IMG/VR virus record: IMGVR_UViG_3300049455_000007
Span: 261-64,260 of that record
DNA length: 64,000 bases
Source of the DNA: a virus
Lineage: Duplodnaviria; Caudoviricetes
Reading direction: 5' to 3' (one strand)
In this document: positions 15,966 to 26,166 of the stretch, one piece after another
How the letters are laid out: every line of letters starts with the position of its first letter
Numbering within the stretch: position 1 is the first letter of the stretch
The notes under the pieces: generated by a model
The model's database searches: none
Told to the model about the DNA's origin: nothing
Seen by the model: the letters and a program-made list of their open reading frames with translations, nothing else
Made by a program: the position numbers and the translations under genes

Positions 15966-16144
15966 GCGAGCAGCCCGACGAACGTCTGCAGCTACAGCTA
16001 CACACCCACATTTCCATGCCCATCAACGCCGACGGCTACGGACCCGAGATGGACGAGGATAAGGTCGTGGACACCATCTGCTGGTCCTGTCTGGAGACAT
16101 GGCCCTGCGCCGCATACCGTTCGGGCCACCCTGCGGGAGAATGA
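15962..16144 (+). CDS. small hypothetical protein
   Basis: MSEQPDERL...CWSCLETWPC; ATGA overlap. Confidence 0.55.
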   Translation: MSEQPDERLQLQLHTHISMPINADGYGPEMDEDKVVDTICWSCLETWPCAAYRSGHPAGE

Positions 16145-16180
16145 ACACAGTCCCGCCTCCGCTGAAAGAAGGAACACCCA

Positions 16181-19054
16181 ATGCCTGAAGGTGTGCTCTA
16201 CTGCAGAATCACCGGTCGCCTCCGCGCGATAAGCGGAACGAATGAGGACGGGACGCCCATCTTCCACGGAGCGGCGGGGCGGGGAACCATTACCTGCAAC
16301 ACCCGCGTCACCCGCAACACCACCCCCGGGCAGGTGGAGACGTACTTCCCCGACCCGATCCCGTTCAGTATTGACGCTGACGGGTACATTTCCCGCGATG
16401 GTCTGCCGTTCATTATGGTCATGGCACCGTCCCCCGCGCTGAACCCGCCCGACTTCAACTACCGCATCCGGATCGAGTTCAACAACGGCAAGCGGTACGG
16501 GTCTTACAGCTTCAACGTTGTCCCCGGCGGCGAAGTGGACCTCACCGATGTCATCCCTGTCGCAATAAACGCCGGAGTCCCGTCGGTCATTGGCCCGGCA
16601 GGCCCGCAGGGGGAACCCGGCGCTGACTCGACCGTCCCGGGTCCGCAGGGTCCGACCGGACTGACCGGTCCCCAAGGCCCCACGGGTGCCGACGGCGCGG
16701 ATTCATCGGTGCCCGGACCGGCTGGTCCGCAGGGCGCGCAAGGCCCTCCCGGCTTGGACGGAATGGACGGAGCGGATGGCGCGGATTCCACTGTCCCCGG
16801 TCCTGCCGGTGCCACTGGTCCACAAGGACCCGCTGGAGTGGACGGGGCCGATTCCACGGTTCCCGGCCCGCAGGGACCGCAAGGCCCAGCCGGGGCCGAC
16901 GGCGCTGACTCCACCGTTCCCGGTCCTGCCGGGGCGCAAGGCCCTGCCGGGGCTGATGGCACAGACGGCAATGACGGGGCACCCGGACCAGCCGGGGCCA
17001 CGGGAGCAACCGGAGCAGCGGGTCCCACCGGATTGACCGGGACCACCGGATTGACCGGTCCGCAGGGCGTCAAAGGCGACACGGGTGACGCCGGGCCGAC
17101 GGGAGCCACTGGACCGACCGGACCCACCGGAGCCGATTCCACGGCACCCGGACCTCAGGGTCCGCAGGGACCTGCCGGGGCGGACGGAGCCACTGGCGCA
17201 ACCGGACTCACCGGCCCGGTGGGTTCTACGGGTTCTACCGGCTCTACCGGTGCCGCCGGAGCTACGGGAGCGGCCGGACCGGCCAACACTCTGTCCATCG
17301 GCACGGTCACCACCGGAGCCGCCGGTTCCAGCGCAGCGGCAGCCATCACCGGAACCGCGCCCAGCCAGACCCTCGGCCTGACCATCCCCACCGGAGCCAC
17401 CGGAGCAACTGGCCCCACGGGTGCCGACGGCCCCACCGGGTCCGCCGGGTCCACTGGAGCGGCGGGAGCCACTGGTATCCAAGGCATCCAAGGTCCGACA
17501 GGAGCCACGGGTTCTACCGGAGCAACCGGCTCGACGGGTGCAACCGGCCCGGCGGGGTCCACCGTCCTGTCCGGCATGACCGACGCATCCATCACCTCCC
17601 CGGCCAACACTGATGTGCTCTCGTACGACTCCTCCATCTCGAAGTGGAAAAACGCGCCCGTCCCGGTAGGCCCATCGCCGTCGGTAAGGGCGTCGTCCAC
17701 CAACTCAGGTTCCTCAGGAACCAGCGCGTCGGTGACGGTGCCTGCCACCGCAGTCGTCGGCGACGTTCTGCTGATGTTCGTAGGTTCCAATTACGCCGCG
17801 AACTCGGGTCCCTCCGGCTGGACGGCCCTCAGTGTGACGAGCGGAGGCTGGCACAATGCTGCCGTCTACTCGAAAATTTGCGCATCGGGTGACATTGGCG
17901 CGACGGTGTCAGCCACCTTGGCAGGATCAGAGTTTTGGGATGCTCACTGCTTGGTGGTGAAGGACACCGACGGCATCGTCAACGTGGCGGCAACTCAGAC
18001 GATTGCCTCGCAGGACACTCTGGCGACCTTAGGAGTGCAGGGCTGGACTCAGCGGGACACCATCTTCATGTTCGGCTCAGCCCGCAAGGCGAACAGCAGT
18101 GTGACTTTCCCGTCGCCTGCCGTGAACGTGACCTCGCGTCCGGCGACTGAGTCTCTCGGATCGGCGGTTTACCGGAGTGCGCCACCCGGGGTTCCGGTTA
18201 CTCCAACGACAACGGCCACCTATACGGCCACGAGTGTCGGAACGGGCACGGCCTCGGGGTTTGGCGTCGCTGTACTGCGGGCTGTCGCACTCGGGACGCA
18301 GGGAACACCGGCGTCGATCACTTCGATCAACGACACAACGGGTTCATCGACGACGCCATCGTTTAAAGTCTGGACCAACGTTGCTTCGACCACGGACCCG
18401 GTCATCTGGTCCGACTCCTCGGGTACGTCAAACCGCACCAGCCTGCGGGCGTCCGTCGGAATCAGCGCCAGCCAGAGCGCACTCGAAGCAGGTGTCTATT
18501 CCGGAGGAACCTTCTACAAGAGGTTCGCCGTTTCGGGCGGCGGTGCCATCACGCGGCTGAACGATGTCGACTTCACCGTCGCGGCAAGCAACGCCAACCC
18601 GCAGGACATGATTGCGGCCGGGGTGTACGGCCAGACCACCACCTTCGACCGGGGCATGACGTTCCTGAAACGGAACAACACCGGATCGTACTGGCCCGCG
18701 TGGAACTTCCACCCGTACGGCTACTTCGGCCAGCCGCTCACCCAGACCTCGAACTACACGTTCGAACCCCGGGATTCCGCGGCCATCATGAACGGCTCGT
18801 CCCTGACCTGCACGCTCCCGGACCCGACATCCACGGGTATCTCCGGGCGCAAGTACGAAATCAAGAACATCCACGCCACCGCAGCGTCGGTCGCCTCGGC
18901 GGGTACGTCCAAGACCATCGACGGGGCAGCGAGCGTATCGCTGGCGCAGTGGGAAGCAATCACCGTCATGACCGACGGTGCCGCGTGGTTCATCATCAAC
19001 AAGGTCGCAGCACCCAGCCCGGCCATCGCACTCTCACTCGTCTTCGGAGGATAA
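16181..19054 (+). CDS. collagen-like fibre / minor virion protein 1 (957 aa)
   Basis: Long Gly-X-Y tract (about aa 140-460) flanked by N-terminal anchor-type and C-terminal beta-rich domains. Confidence 0.85.
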   Translation: MPEGVLYCRITGRLRAISGTNEDGTPIFHGAAGRGTITCNTRVTRNTTPGQVETYFPDPIPFSIDADGYISRDGLPFIMVMAPSPALNPPDFNYRIRIEFNNGKRYGSYSFNVVPGGEVDLTDVIPVAINAGVPSVIGPAGPQGEPGADSTVPGPQGPTGLTGPQGPTGADGADSSVPGPAGPQGAQGPPGLDGMDGADGADSTVPGPAGATGPQGPAGVDGADSTVPGPQGPQGPAGADGADSTVPGPAGAQGPAGADGTDGNDGAPGPAGATGATGAAGPTGLTGTTGLTGPQGVKGDTGDAGPTGATGPTGPTGADSTAPGPQGPQGPAGADGATGATGLTGPVGSTGSTGSTGAAGATGAAGPANTLSIGTVTTGAAGSSAAAAITGTAPSQTLGLTIPTGATGATGPTGADGPTGSAGSTGAAGATGIQGIQGPTGATGSTGATGSTGATGPAGSTVLSGMTDASITSPANTDVLSYDSSISKWKNAPVPVGPSPSVRASSTNSGSSGTSASVTVPATAVVGDVLLMFVGSNYAANSGPSGWTALSVTSGGWHNAAVYSKICASGDIGATVSATLAGSEFWDAHCLVVKDTDGIVNVAATQTIASQDTLATLGVQGWTQRDTIFMFGSARKANSSVTFPSPAVNVTSRPATESLGSAVYRSAPPGVPVTPTTTATYTATSVGTGTASGFGVAVLRAVALGTQGTPASITSINDTTGSSTTPSFKVWTNVASTTDPVIWSDSSGTSNRTSLRASVGISASQSALEAGVYSGGTFYKRFAVSGGGAITRLNDVDFTVAASNANPQDMIAAGVYGQTTTFDRGMTFLKRNNTGSYWPAWNFHPYGYFGQPLTQTSNYTFEPRDSAAIMNGSSLTCTLPDPTSTGISGRKYEIKNIHATAASVASAGTSKTIDGAASVSLAQWEAITVMTDGAAWFIINKVAAPSPAIALSLVFGG

Positions 19055-19057
19055 ATC

Positions 19058-19423
19058 ATGGCCGGTCAGAACATCATCGTTGCGGCATCCATCTCGCCGC
19101 AGATCATCAGGTCCGCATACCTGCCCATCACCACAGAGGCGGCGCAGTACACGGTTCCGGCGTCAACGTCGGTGAAGGTGACTTCGGCCACCATCTGCAA
19201 CGTGACCGGCACTGCGGTCACGGTGTCGCTATCGCTCTGCCCTACGGGCGGCACGCTGGACGGAACGCACCGCTTCCTGAACAGCTACTCGCTCCCGGCC
19301 AACGACACGATGGAACTGTCGATGATCAGTGGAGCCATGCTGGGTCCGGGTGACATCATCGGCGGGCTGGCAGGCACGGCCAGCGCCGTCGTCCTCGTGG
19401 TGACGGGCACGGTGCACGCATGA
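19058..19423 (+). CDS. fibre-associated minor structural protein
   Basis: beta-rich, directly follows fibre gene. Confidence 0.65.
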   Translation: MAGQNIIVAASISPQIIRSAYLPITTEAAQYTVPASTSVKVTSATICNVTGTAVTVSLSLCPTGGTLDGTHRFLNSYSLPANDTMELSMISGAMLGPGDIIGGLAGTASAVVLVVTGTVHA

Positions 19424-20106
19424 GGCCGTCAGTGAAGGGGGCTGACCTTATTGCCGCCGCAGCCGCTGGCGGGAATGCGGCATACCGGGACAGCGGGCTT
19501 ACTTGGGGAACCAGCGCCTCGGCCAACCAATGGACGCCCAACGGAACCGTAGCGGGTGACCTGCTGGTGTACTTCGTCTGGTCTGCCGGTACGACGGTGG
19601 TGGCCGGGCCGAATGCTCAGGGGGCTTGGGCACTGGCGGCTGCCACGTCCGGGGCTAACCTTCTTGGCACCGAGCAGAACCTTGCCGTGTACCTCAAGAC
19701 GGCCGTGGCAGCGGACGCTGGTTCAGGCAACCATCCCACTTTCACGCTCGGAGCCTCCGCCGACTGGTACGTGGCCAGTGTGGCAGTGTCCGGCTGGACG
19801 AAAGTGTCCGCCGCCGCGGTGGCACGGTCTGATTCATCGGGCACCCGCCTCGATTTCGGGGCGCTCCCGGGAATGCGGGCCGGTGACCTTGAGGTGTTCC
19901 TCGGGGCCGGTCGCGTAGGCAATCTGGAAGTCACTGTCGCAGGGGCCACGACCCGGCAAAAGCGGACCAACGATCCGAACCTGTCCATCGCCCTCGCCAC
20001 CGGCGCAGGCGCAATCTCTAACTTCGGCAGTCCCCTTCTTGGTGCCCACACGCTGGGCTCTGACTCGGCGACCAGTTGGATCATAGGCAGCGTATCCATC
20101 TCGTAA
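19420..20106 (+). CDS. fibre-associated minor structural protein
   Basis: GDLLVYFV pattern like the GDVLLMFV module in the fibre; Ala/Gly/Thr-rich. Confidence 0.65.
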   Translation: MRPSVKGADLIAAAAAGGNAAYRDSGLTWGTSASANQWTPNGTVAGDLLVYFVWSAGTTVVAGPNAQGAWALAAATSGANLLGTEQNLAVYLKTAVAADAGSGNHPTFTLGASADWYVASVAVSGWTKVSAAAVARSDSSGTRLDFGALPGMRAGDLEVFLGAGRVGNLEVTVAGATTRQKRTNDPNLSIALATGAGAISNFGSPLLGAHTLGSDSATSWIIGSVSIS

Positions 20107-20114
20107 GGAGAAAA

Positions 20115-20696
20115 ATGAAAGCAGTGAGATTCGCGAAGGGGGTGCAGCCACTCCTAGTGCCGATTGAATCGGTCCACCAACACCAGAGCAATCCGAACAA
20201 CGGCGACCTCGATGCGCTGATTGAGTCCATACAGGTCAACGGTTTCGTAACCGCCGTCACCGCCGACGCCAAGACCGGCAACATCATCGCCGGGAACCAC
20301 AGATATCAGGCACTGCACGCACTCGGGGCCAAGGAAATCCCGGTCATCTGGGTCGACCACATGGACGAGACTGGCGCGGTCCGCTACATGGTCGCGGACA
20401 ACCGCACCGGCAAGCTCGCCATCCTCGACGACACCGCTGTGGCAGCCCTGCTCACCGGGCTGAACGAAACCGACCTCGGGCTGGCCGGTACGGGCTACGA
20501 CGAATCCGCGTACCAGCGCCTGCTGCTGGAAATGAACTCGGACCCCGAAATCCCCGGTGGCGGGTTCGGGGACGCCGCTCCCTCGGGGCTGTATCAGGTC
20601 ATCGTGGACTTCGAGGAGGACCGGGATTCGCGGGATACCCTGTTCGCCGAACTGGCCGAACGCTTCCCTGAGCAGGCCCGCGTGGCGGACCTGTGA
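20115..20696 (+). CDS. ParB/Srx N-terminal domain protein
   Basis: NPN..D.DALIESIQVNGF...IIAGNHRYQALHALG...ADNRT; no HTH visible. Confidence 0.85.
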   Translation: MKAVRFAKGVQPLLVPIESVHQHQSNPNNGDLDALIESIQVNGFVTAVTADAKTGNIIAGNHRYQALHALGAKEIPVIWVDHMDETGAVRYMVADNRTGKLAILDDTAVAALLTGLNETDLGLAGTGYDESAYQRLLLEMNSDPEIPGGGFGDAAPSGLYQVIVDFEEDRDSRDTLFAELAERFPEQARVADL

Positions 20697-21409
20697 AATA
20701 CATGGGCGGCAAGACCCGCGTGGCATCGCAAATCTGCGCCGTCATGCGTGCCCGCAGCAGGGGTTCGGACACCTACGTGGAACCCTTCCTTGGCGGCGGG
20801 TCCGTGGCTGCGCTCATGGCCCCCGAGTTCAGGACGGTCCACCTGTCCGATGCCAACGAATCCCTCGTCATGCTCTGGCAGGAAGTCCTGTCCGGCTGGA
20901 AACCACCGGGGCACATCACTAAGCCGCAGTGGGAGGCGCTGCGGGCAGACGTACGACCGTCTGCCCTGAAGGCGCTTGCCGGGTTCGCGGCATCCTTCGG
21001 GGGCAAGTGGTTCGCCGGGTACGCCTCCAGCCCGGGACGGAACTACGTCGCCGGGTCCACCCGGCAACTGGTGAAGCACGCGAGCGGGTTCCGGCACGCC
21101 GAAGTCAGGCACCTCGACTACATCGAGGCCGGAGCGTTCGTTGGCCCCGGCACCGTCGTCTACTGCGACCCCCCATATGAGGGCACCACCGGATACGGCG
21201 CGGTCGGGTCATTCCACTCCGCGCAGTTCTGGGACACGATGCGGGAATGGACCGGGCGCGGGGCCAAGGTCTTCGTCTCGGAGTACACCGCCCCCGATGA
21301 CTTCGTGCCGGTGTGGCGGCTGAAGGTTCAGGTGTCACTGGCCAAGGACGGCAACACCGATATCGGAACCGAGCAACTGTTCACGTACCGGGAAGGAACC
21401 AATGGGTGA
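20693..21409 (+). CDS. DNA adenine methyltransferase (Dam/D12 class)
   Basis: MKYMGGK, YVEPFLGGGSV (motif I), VYCDPPY (motif IV). Confidence 0.9.
   Translation: MKYMGGKTRVASQICAVMRARSRGSDTYVEPFLGGGSVAALMAPEFRTVHLSDANESLVMLWQEVLSGWKPPGHITKPQWEALRADVRPSALKALAGFAASFGGKWFAGYASSPGRNYVAGSTRQLVKHASGFRHAEVRHLDYIEAGAFVGPGTVVYCDPPYEGTTGYGAVGSFHSAQFWDTMREWTGRGAKVFVSEYTAPDDFVPVWRLKVQVSLAKDGNTDIGTEQLFTYREGTNG
20946..20963. promoter_or_regulatory. 18-bp palindrome family copy 15
   Basis: CAGACGTACGACCGTCTG inside methyltransferase gene. Confidence 0.75.
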
Positions 21410-21944
21410 GAAAGAAGCCCGGATCATGACCGGCGCAAAGGCTTTTGCACAGGCTGTGGAAAACGGGGAGGAACCCAACGCGGACCTCGTCATTCAGGAG
21501 ACGCAGACCAAGGCCGAATCGGCGCTGGCGCTGCGCATTGCTGGCACCTCATATACGAATATCGCCAAGGCTCTGGGCTACTCATCGGCCACCCGGGCAC
21601 GGCTCGCGGTCGAACGGGTGCTGGCCGCGTCGGCGGACTCCCCCGAGGACCGCGACCAGCAAAGGGTACTGGCGGACAAGCGGCTTAACCGGCTGCTCCA
21701 GTCCGTCATGGCAAAGGCCGTGGACCCGAAGGACCCGGACCACCTCGCCTACAACGCGAGGGCGCTGGCGATCACCGACCGCGTCATGCGGCTATGGGGT
21801 GTGGACGCCCCGGCACAGGTGCAGATCACCCCGACCGACGAGCACCTCCAGCAGTACGTTGCGCACATGATGGCACTGGCCCGGAGGGAACCCGAAGCCG
21901 AGGAAGCCGAAATCATCGACGCCGACCCCATAGAACCCGAATAG
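21402..21944 (+). CDS. HTH protein, probable terminase small subunit
   Basis: ALALRIAGTSYTNIAKALGYSS HTH; position upstream of TerL. Confidence 0.6.
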   Translation: MGEKEARIMTGAKAFAQAVENGEEPNADLVIQETQTKAESALALRIAGTSYTNIAKALGYSSATRARLAVERVLAASADSPEDRDQQRVLADKRLNRLLQSVMAKAVDPKDPDHLAYNARALAITDRVMRLWGVDAPAQVQITPTDEHLQQYVAHMMALARREPEAEEAEIIDADPIEPE

Positions 21945-21953
21945 GAGGACTGA

Positions 21954-22046
21954 ATGTTTGTGCTGGGCGCTGTAGTTGGGGCTGCTTCCGCAGTTGTCGG
22001 AGTGTGGCTGTACGTCGTGCGGCTCTTGAAGAAGGAGATTCACTGA
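21954..22046 (+). CDS. micro membrane protein (30 aa)
   Basis: Manual ORF MFVLGAVVGAASAVVGVWLYVVRLLKKEIH, RBS GGAGG. Confidence 0.5.
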   Translation: MFVLGAVVGAASAVVGVWLYVVRLLKKEIH

Positions 22047-22456
22047 TGGTCAACCACTATCCTGACCTGCAGGGCTGGTCCGACCGGGACGAGGACCCGG
22101 AGTGGATGGAGAACGCCATTGCCCGCGTCCGGGCACGGCAGAAGAAAACGAGGGTGTCGACCAACCGGCGGAACCCGACGTGCATCTCGTACGACGATCC
22201 GTTCCGGGTGCTGCTGAACGAGGCTGCGGACCGGCGCGACATCTCCCTAGTCGCCTACATCCGACGCGCGACAGCGGCGTTCATCGCGCACGATCTGGGC
22301 ATGCCGTACACGGAAGTGGTCAGGCACACCGCGAAGCCGAAACCCCGGAATCCGGTGCAGATGTCATTTCCCGAAGGGCTCTCCTACGACGACGGGCGCG
22401 GGATGGGACCATGGCTGATAGACGGCCTCACGGAGGTAGGTAAAGCCGATGCCTGA
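22046..22456 (+). CDS. putative RHH-type DNA-binding protein
   Basis: LLNEAADRRDISLVAYIRRA pattern; RBS AAGGAG. Confidence 0.6.
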   Translation: MVNHYPDLQGWSDRDEDPEWMENAIARVRARQKKTRVSTNRRNPTCISYDDPFRVLLNEAADRRDISLVAYIRRATAAFIAHDLGMPYTEVVRHTAKPKPRNPVQMSFPEGLSYDDGRGMGPWLIDGLTEVGKADA

Positions 22457-23966
22457 CTACAGCAAGTTCCCCTCGCTGGACGAGTGGAAGAACTGGGACC
22501 CGAAATCCAAGGACAAATTGCTCGCCATGGTGGCGAGGGCGGATCGGGACCGGGAGGTCTGGTACTGCAAGAAGGGCCGGTCCTGCGACGGTAAGCCCCA
22601 CGACGAGTACGACTATCGCCATGCCCGGGGTGACCAGTGGCCCCCCGGGGATGCGGACTGGCTGGTGTGGCTGCAGAAGGGCGGGCGCGGTTCGGGCAAG
22701 ACCCGCTGCGGTTCTGAATGGATACGCAAGGTGTCCGAGTCCATCGCATACACCTCGATCATCGGCCCGACCCTCCCCCACGTCCGCGACATCATGGTGG
22801 AAGGCGAATCCGGCCTGCTCGCTGCGTTCGAGAAGGCCAAGGTCAATGCGCTGTGGGAGCCGTCCAAGCGCAGGATCACCCTCCCGGGCAAGGGCCGGTA
22901 CAAGGAGCACCGCATTCAGGCGTTTACCGGCGAGGAACCGGACCGCCTTCGTGGTCCTAACCACGGCGCGGTCTGGCTGGACGAACCTGCCCACTACCCG
23001 ATGATCGAAACCGTCTGGGACATGATGATGATGGGCCTGCGCTTCGGTAAGCGGCCCACCGTTCTGTGCACCACCACGCCGCTGCCCACGAAGTGGCTGA
23101 AGGAACTCATCGAGACACCGACTACCCGGGCCGTCACCGTGTCCACCTACGCCAACATCGACAACCTCGCGCCGACCTTCCGTAACGTGGTGCTCTCCAA
23201 GTACGAAGGCACCCGGCTTGGCCTGCAGGAACTCTACGGCGAAGTCCTCGAAGACATCGAGGGCGCACTGTGGACGTGGGACATGATCGAGAACAACCGG
23301 CCCGTTGCGGAGATCACCCACAAGGATATGGACCGGATCGTGGTCGCCATCGACCCCGCTGGCACGTCCTCGAAGAAGCGGGATGAAACCGGCATTGTGG
23401 TCATCGGCATCAAGGATGACCACTTCTACGTGTTCGCTGACCACTCCGGCCACTACACCCCTGACGGCTGGGCATCGGAAGCGTGGCGGGCGTATGACCT
23501 GTATCAGGCAGACCTCATCGTTGCGGAGAAGAACTACGGCGGCGAGATGGTGCTGTCCACCCTGCGCACCAAGCGCAAGGACGGCAAGGTTGATCTGGTG
23601 CATTCCCGGCGCGGCAAGGTGCTGCGCGCCGAACCCGTCGTCGGTCTTTACGAGCAGGAGCGTGTGCACCACGTCCGGGCGCACGTCGAACTGGAGCAGC
23701 AGATGACTGAGTGGGTGCCGGACATGCACGACTCCCCCGACCGGGTGGACGCGCTGGTGCACGGCATCACAGAACTGAACACCGGGCTGGCCCCCGCACA
23801 GATCGCCGTCCCGTCCGGGCGGACCCTCAAAGGCGAAAGCCTTCAGTCCGTCCCCGGCAACCGGGGTGCCCTGTTCGGCTACCACCCACGCATCTCCGAC
23901 ACAGCGTTGGACGTGGGCTGCGAGGCCGCTGAACACGGTAAGGTGCGCGAGGAATCCCTGACATAG
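22449..23966 (+). CDS. terL: terminase large subunit
   Basis: GGRGSGKT Walker A, VWLDEP Walker B, RIVVAIDPA nuclease motif, PDRVDALV. Confidence 0.95.
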   Translation: MPDYSKFPSLDEWKNWDPKSKDKLLAMVARADRDREVWYCKKGRSCDGKPHDEYDYRHARGDQWPPGDADWLVWLQKGGRGSGKTRCGSEWIRKVSESIAYTSIIGPTLPHVRDIMVEGESGLLAAFEKAKVNALWEPSKRRITLPGKGRYKEHRIQAFTGEEPDRLRGPNHGAVWLDEPAHYPMIETVWDMMMMGLRFGKRPTVLCTTTPLPTKWLKELIETPTTRAVTVSTYANIDNLAPTFRNVVLSKYEGTRLGLQELYGEVLEDIEGALWTWDMIENNRPVAEITHKDMDRIVVAIDPAGTSSKKRDETGIVVIGIKDDHFYVFADHSGHYTPDGWASEAWRAYDLYQADLIVAEKNYGGEMVLSTLRTKRKDGKVDLVHSRRGKVLRAEPVVGLYEQERVHHVRAHVELEQQMTEWVPDMHDSPDRVDALVHGITELNTGLAPAQIAVPSGRTLKGESLQSVPGNRGALFGYHPRISDTALDVGCEAAEHGKVREESLT

Positions 23967-23983
23967 CCGGTACGCTCATTACC

Positions 23984-24292
23984 ATGGTGGAGATTGTCGT
24001 CGTACTCGCGGCTGTCGTAGTCGGCACGCTGTCGATTGCGCGGCTCACTCGCCTCGTCACGCAGGACAGTTTCCCTCCGTCGGCGTGGTTTCGCTCGAAG
24101 TGGGATGCCCTGACCGACGACGGACCATGGTCGACGTTGGCCCATTGTCCGTTCTGCATATCCCTCTGGATTGCGATTCCGGTGATTCTCTGGGGCTGGC
24201 TGTCCAACCTGCACATCTCATGGTGGCTGTTCAACGGCTGGATGGCGGTCTCCTACCTCGCCGCGATCGTCGTTATGAATGATGGGGAATAG
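23984..24292 (+). CDS. DUF1360-like membrane protein
   Basis: ARLTRLVTQD...CPFCISLW pattern, three hydrophobic segments. Confidence 0.65.
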   Translation: MVEIVVVLAAVVVGTLSIARLTRLVTQDSFPPSAWFRSKWDALTDDGPWSTLAHCPFCISLWIAIPVILWGWLSNLHISWWLFNGWMAVSYLAAIVVMNDGE

Positions 24293-24294
24293 AC

Positions 24295-26166
24295 ATGGCA
24301 CGGACCCGCAGGGATGAGACACCGAAGACCAATTCTCTTGTGGCGTCGGCGGCGCGGATCGGCAAGAGCGGGCAGAAAAGCTATACCCGCATCGCCGAAT
24401 CCATTGCGTGGCAGGAGGAGTCGTGGCGTTTCTACAACACCATCGGCGAGTTCCGCTACATCTGCGACTGGGTTGGCTCCATGCTTTCCAAGGCACTGCT
24501 GTACGCCACCGTAAAGTCGGGCGGCGAACGCACACCGGTCAAGAGCGGCCCCGTTGTGGACATCATGGAGTCCCTGTTCACCGATGACGACGGCCGCGCC
24601 GAGATGCTCCGCCAGATCGGCATCCACATGTCCGTCACCGGGGAGCTTTACATCGTCTCCTACCCGAACCCGGACCAGTTCGGCGGGGTCGACGATGTGT
24701 GGGAGATAGCGACACCGTCCGAAATCAACAAGGCCGACGGCGGCAAGTGGCGGGTCAACGAGAAGATTCTCGACATGGACCCTGACGACGTGCTCGTCAT
24801 CCGCGTTTGGCGTCCGGACCCCAAGAAGCCCATGCGGGCAACCGCACCCGCGAAGGCAGTGCTGCCGATCCTTGGGGAGATTTACGGCCTCACCCAGCAT
24901 GTCGCCGCGCAGATTGACTCCCGGCTTGCAGGCGCTGGCATCCTGCTGGTGCCTTCGGAGATGACCTTCCCGGCCCCGCCCCCCCTTGATGGGCAGCCCG
25001 AGCGCGTCGCCAATGATGCCGAGGACCTGATGCGGGTGCTCGCTGATGCAATGGCAGCGTCCATCCAGAACCGTGAGGACGCATCGGCGCTGGTGCCCAT
25101 CGTCATCAAAGCTCCCGCCGATGCCATCGCCGCGATCAAGCACCTGACGTTCTGGACGCAACTGGACGAGCACTCCATCGAACTGCGCAAGGAAGCGATC
25201 AGCCGCCTCGCCCTCGGCATGGACCTGCCCCCCGAGATTCTGCACGGGCTGTCGCGGACGAACCACTGGTCGGCATGGCAGGTGGATGAGGCTGCGATTA
25301 AGTCGCACACCGAGCCGCTGCTGAAGCTGGTCACCACGGCACTCGCGCAGGGCTACCTGCGTCCGCTGCTTCTGGATGAGAAGACCATCGACCCGGTCAC
25401 GCTGCGCACCTACAGCATTGGCGCGGACTCCTCCGAGATGCGGCTGCGGCCCGACCGTTCCAAGGAAGCAATGGAACTGTACGACCGGGGCGAAATGTCC
25501 GGGGAGGCGCTGCTGCGCGAAACCGGCTTCGATCTGCAGGACGCCATGGACGACGCGGAGCGTCAGAACTGGCTGCTGCGCAAGGTCGCCTCCGGCTCCA
25601 CGACCCCGGACATGGTTGACGCCGCCCTGCGCGCACTCGGGCTGGACCTTGCTGTGGTCCGGGATTCCTCCGGCGAACAGCCCGGCTATCCGGTCGATAC
25701 GCAGGAGGCCAGACCCGCGCCGTCACTGCAGGATCATCCGGTCAAAGACATCCCCAACCGGGAAATATCGCAGCGCCGGGGCGATGCCCGGGAGCAGGGG
25801 GGCGTACCCTCCGCAGACCGCACGTCCGCCGCCGCCCTGATCGCCGCCTCCGAGCAGGTAGTGGTCCGGGCGCTGGAGCGCGCCGGGAACAAGTTGAAGA
25901 ACAAGATGCAGGTGAAGCCATCCTGTGCTGCGACCGACATCTATAAGTTCATCAAGAGCGAGGACACCGCGTTCCTCCTCGATGATGCGTGGACCCATGT
26001 GGCCACCATTGCCGAGCGCCACCACATACCCGGCGGCTGGCTCGAAGGTGTCCTGAGCGACTACTGCACGCAACTGCTGCGGGATCAGACGCCGCACAGC
26101 TTCGGGTCCTTCAACACCTACATGGTGACCAATCTGATGCTCGCTGAGGAGAAGGTGCCCGCATGA
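24295..26166 (+). CDS. portal protein
   Basis: 623 aa after TerL; WQEESWRFY...GEFRY, DSRLAGAGILLVP, NHWSAW typical of actinophage portals. Confidence 0.85.
   Translation: MARTRRDETPKTNSLVASAARIGKSGQKSYTRIAESIAWQEESWRFYNTIGEFRYICDWVGSMLSKALLYATVKSGGERTPVKSGPVVDIMESLFTDDDGRAEMLRQIGIHMSVTGELYIVSYPNPDQFGGVDDVWEIATPSEINKADGGKWRVNEKILDMDPDDVLVIRVWRPDPKKPMRATAPAKAVLPILGEIYGLTQHVAAQIDSRLAGAGILLVPSEMTFPAPPPLDGQPERVANDAEDLMRVLADAMAASIQNREDASALVPIVIKAPADAIAAIKHLTFWTQLDEHSIELRKEAISRLALGMDLPPEILHGLSRTNHWSAWQVDEAAIKSHTEPLLKLVTTALAQGYLRPLLLDEKTIDPVTLRTYSIGADSSEMRLRPDRSKEAMELYDRGEMSGEALLRETGFDLQDAMDDAERQNWLLRKVASGSTTPDMVDAALRALGLDLAVVRDSSGEQPGYPVDTQEARPAPSLQDHPVKDIPNREISQRRGDAREQGGVPSADRTSAAALIAASEQVVVRALERAGNKLKNKMQVKPSCAATDIYKFIKSEDTAFLLDDAWTHVATIAERHHIPGGWLEGVLSDYCTQLLRDQTPHSFGSFNTYMVTNLMLAEEKVPA

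Noticed and set aside
16504-17790. Long Pro/Gly-rich antisense ORFs over the collagen gene
   Set aside because: Shadow frames of Gly-X-Y codon repeats in a GC-rich genome.
20115-20696. Phage ParB-like gene as a complete parABS partition system
   Set aside because: No ParA ATPase and no HTH/C-terminal dimer domain visible; the protein resembles MTase-associated ParB-N.
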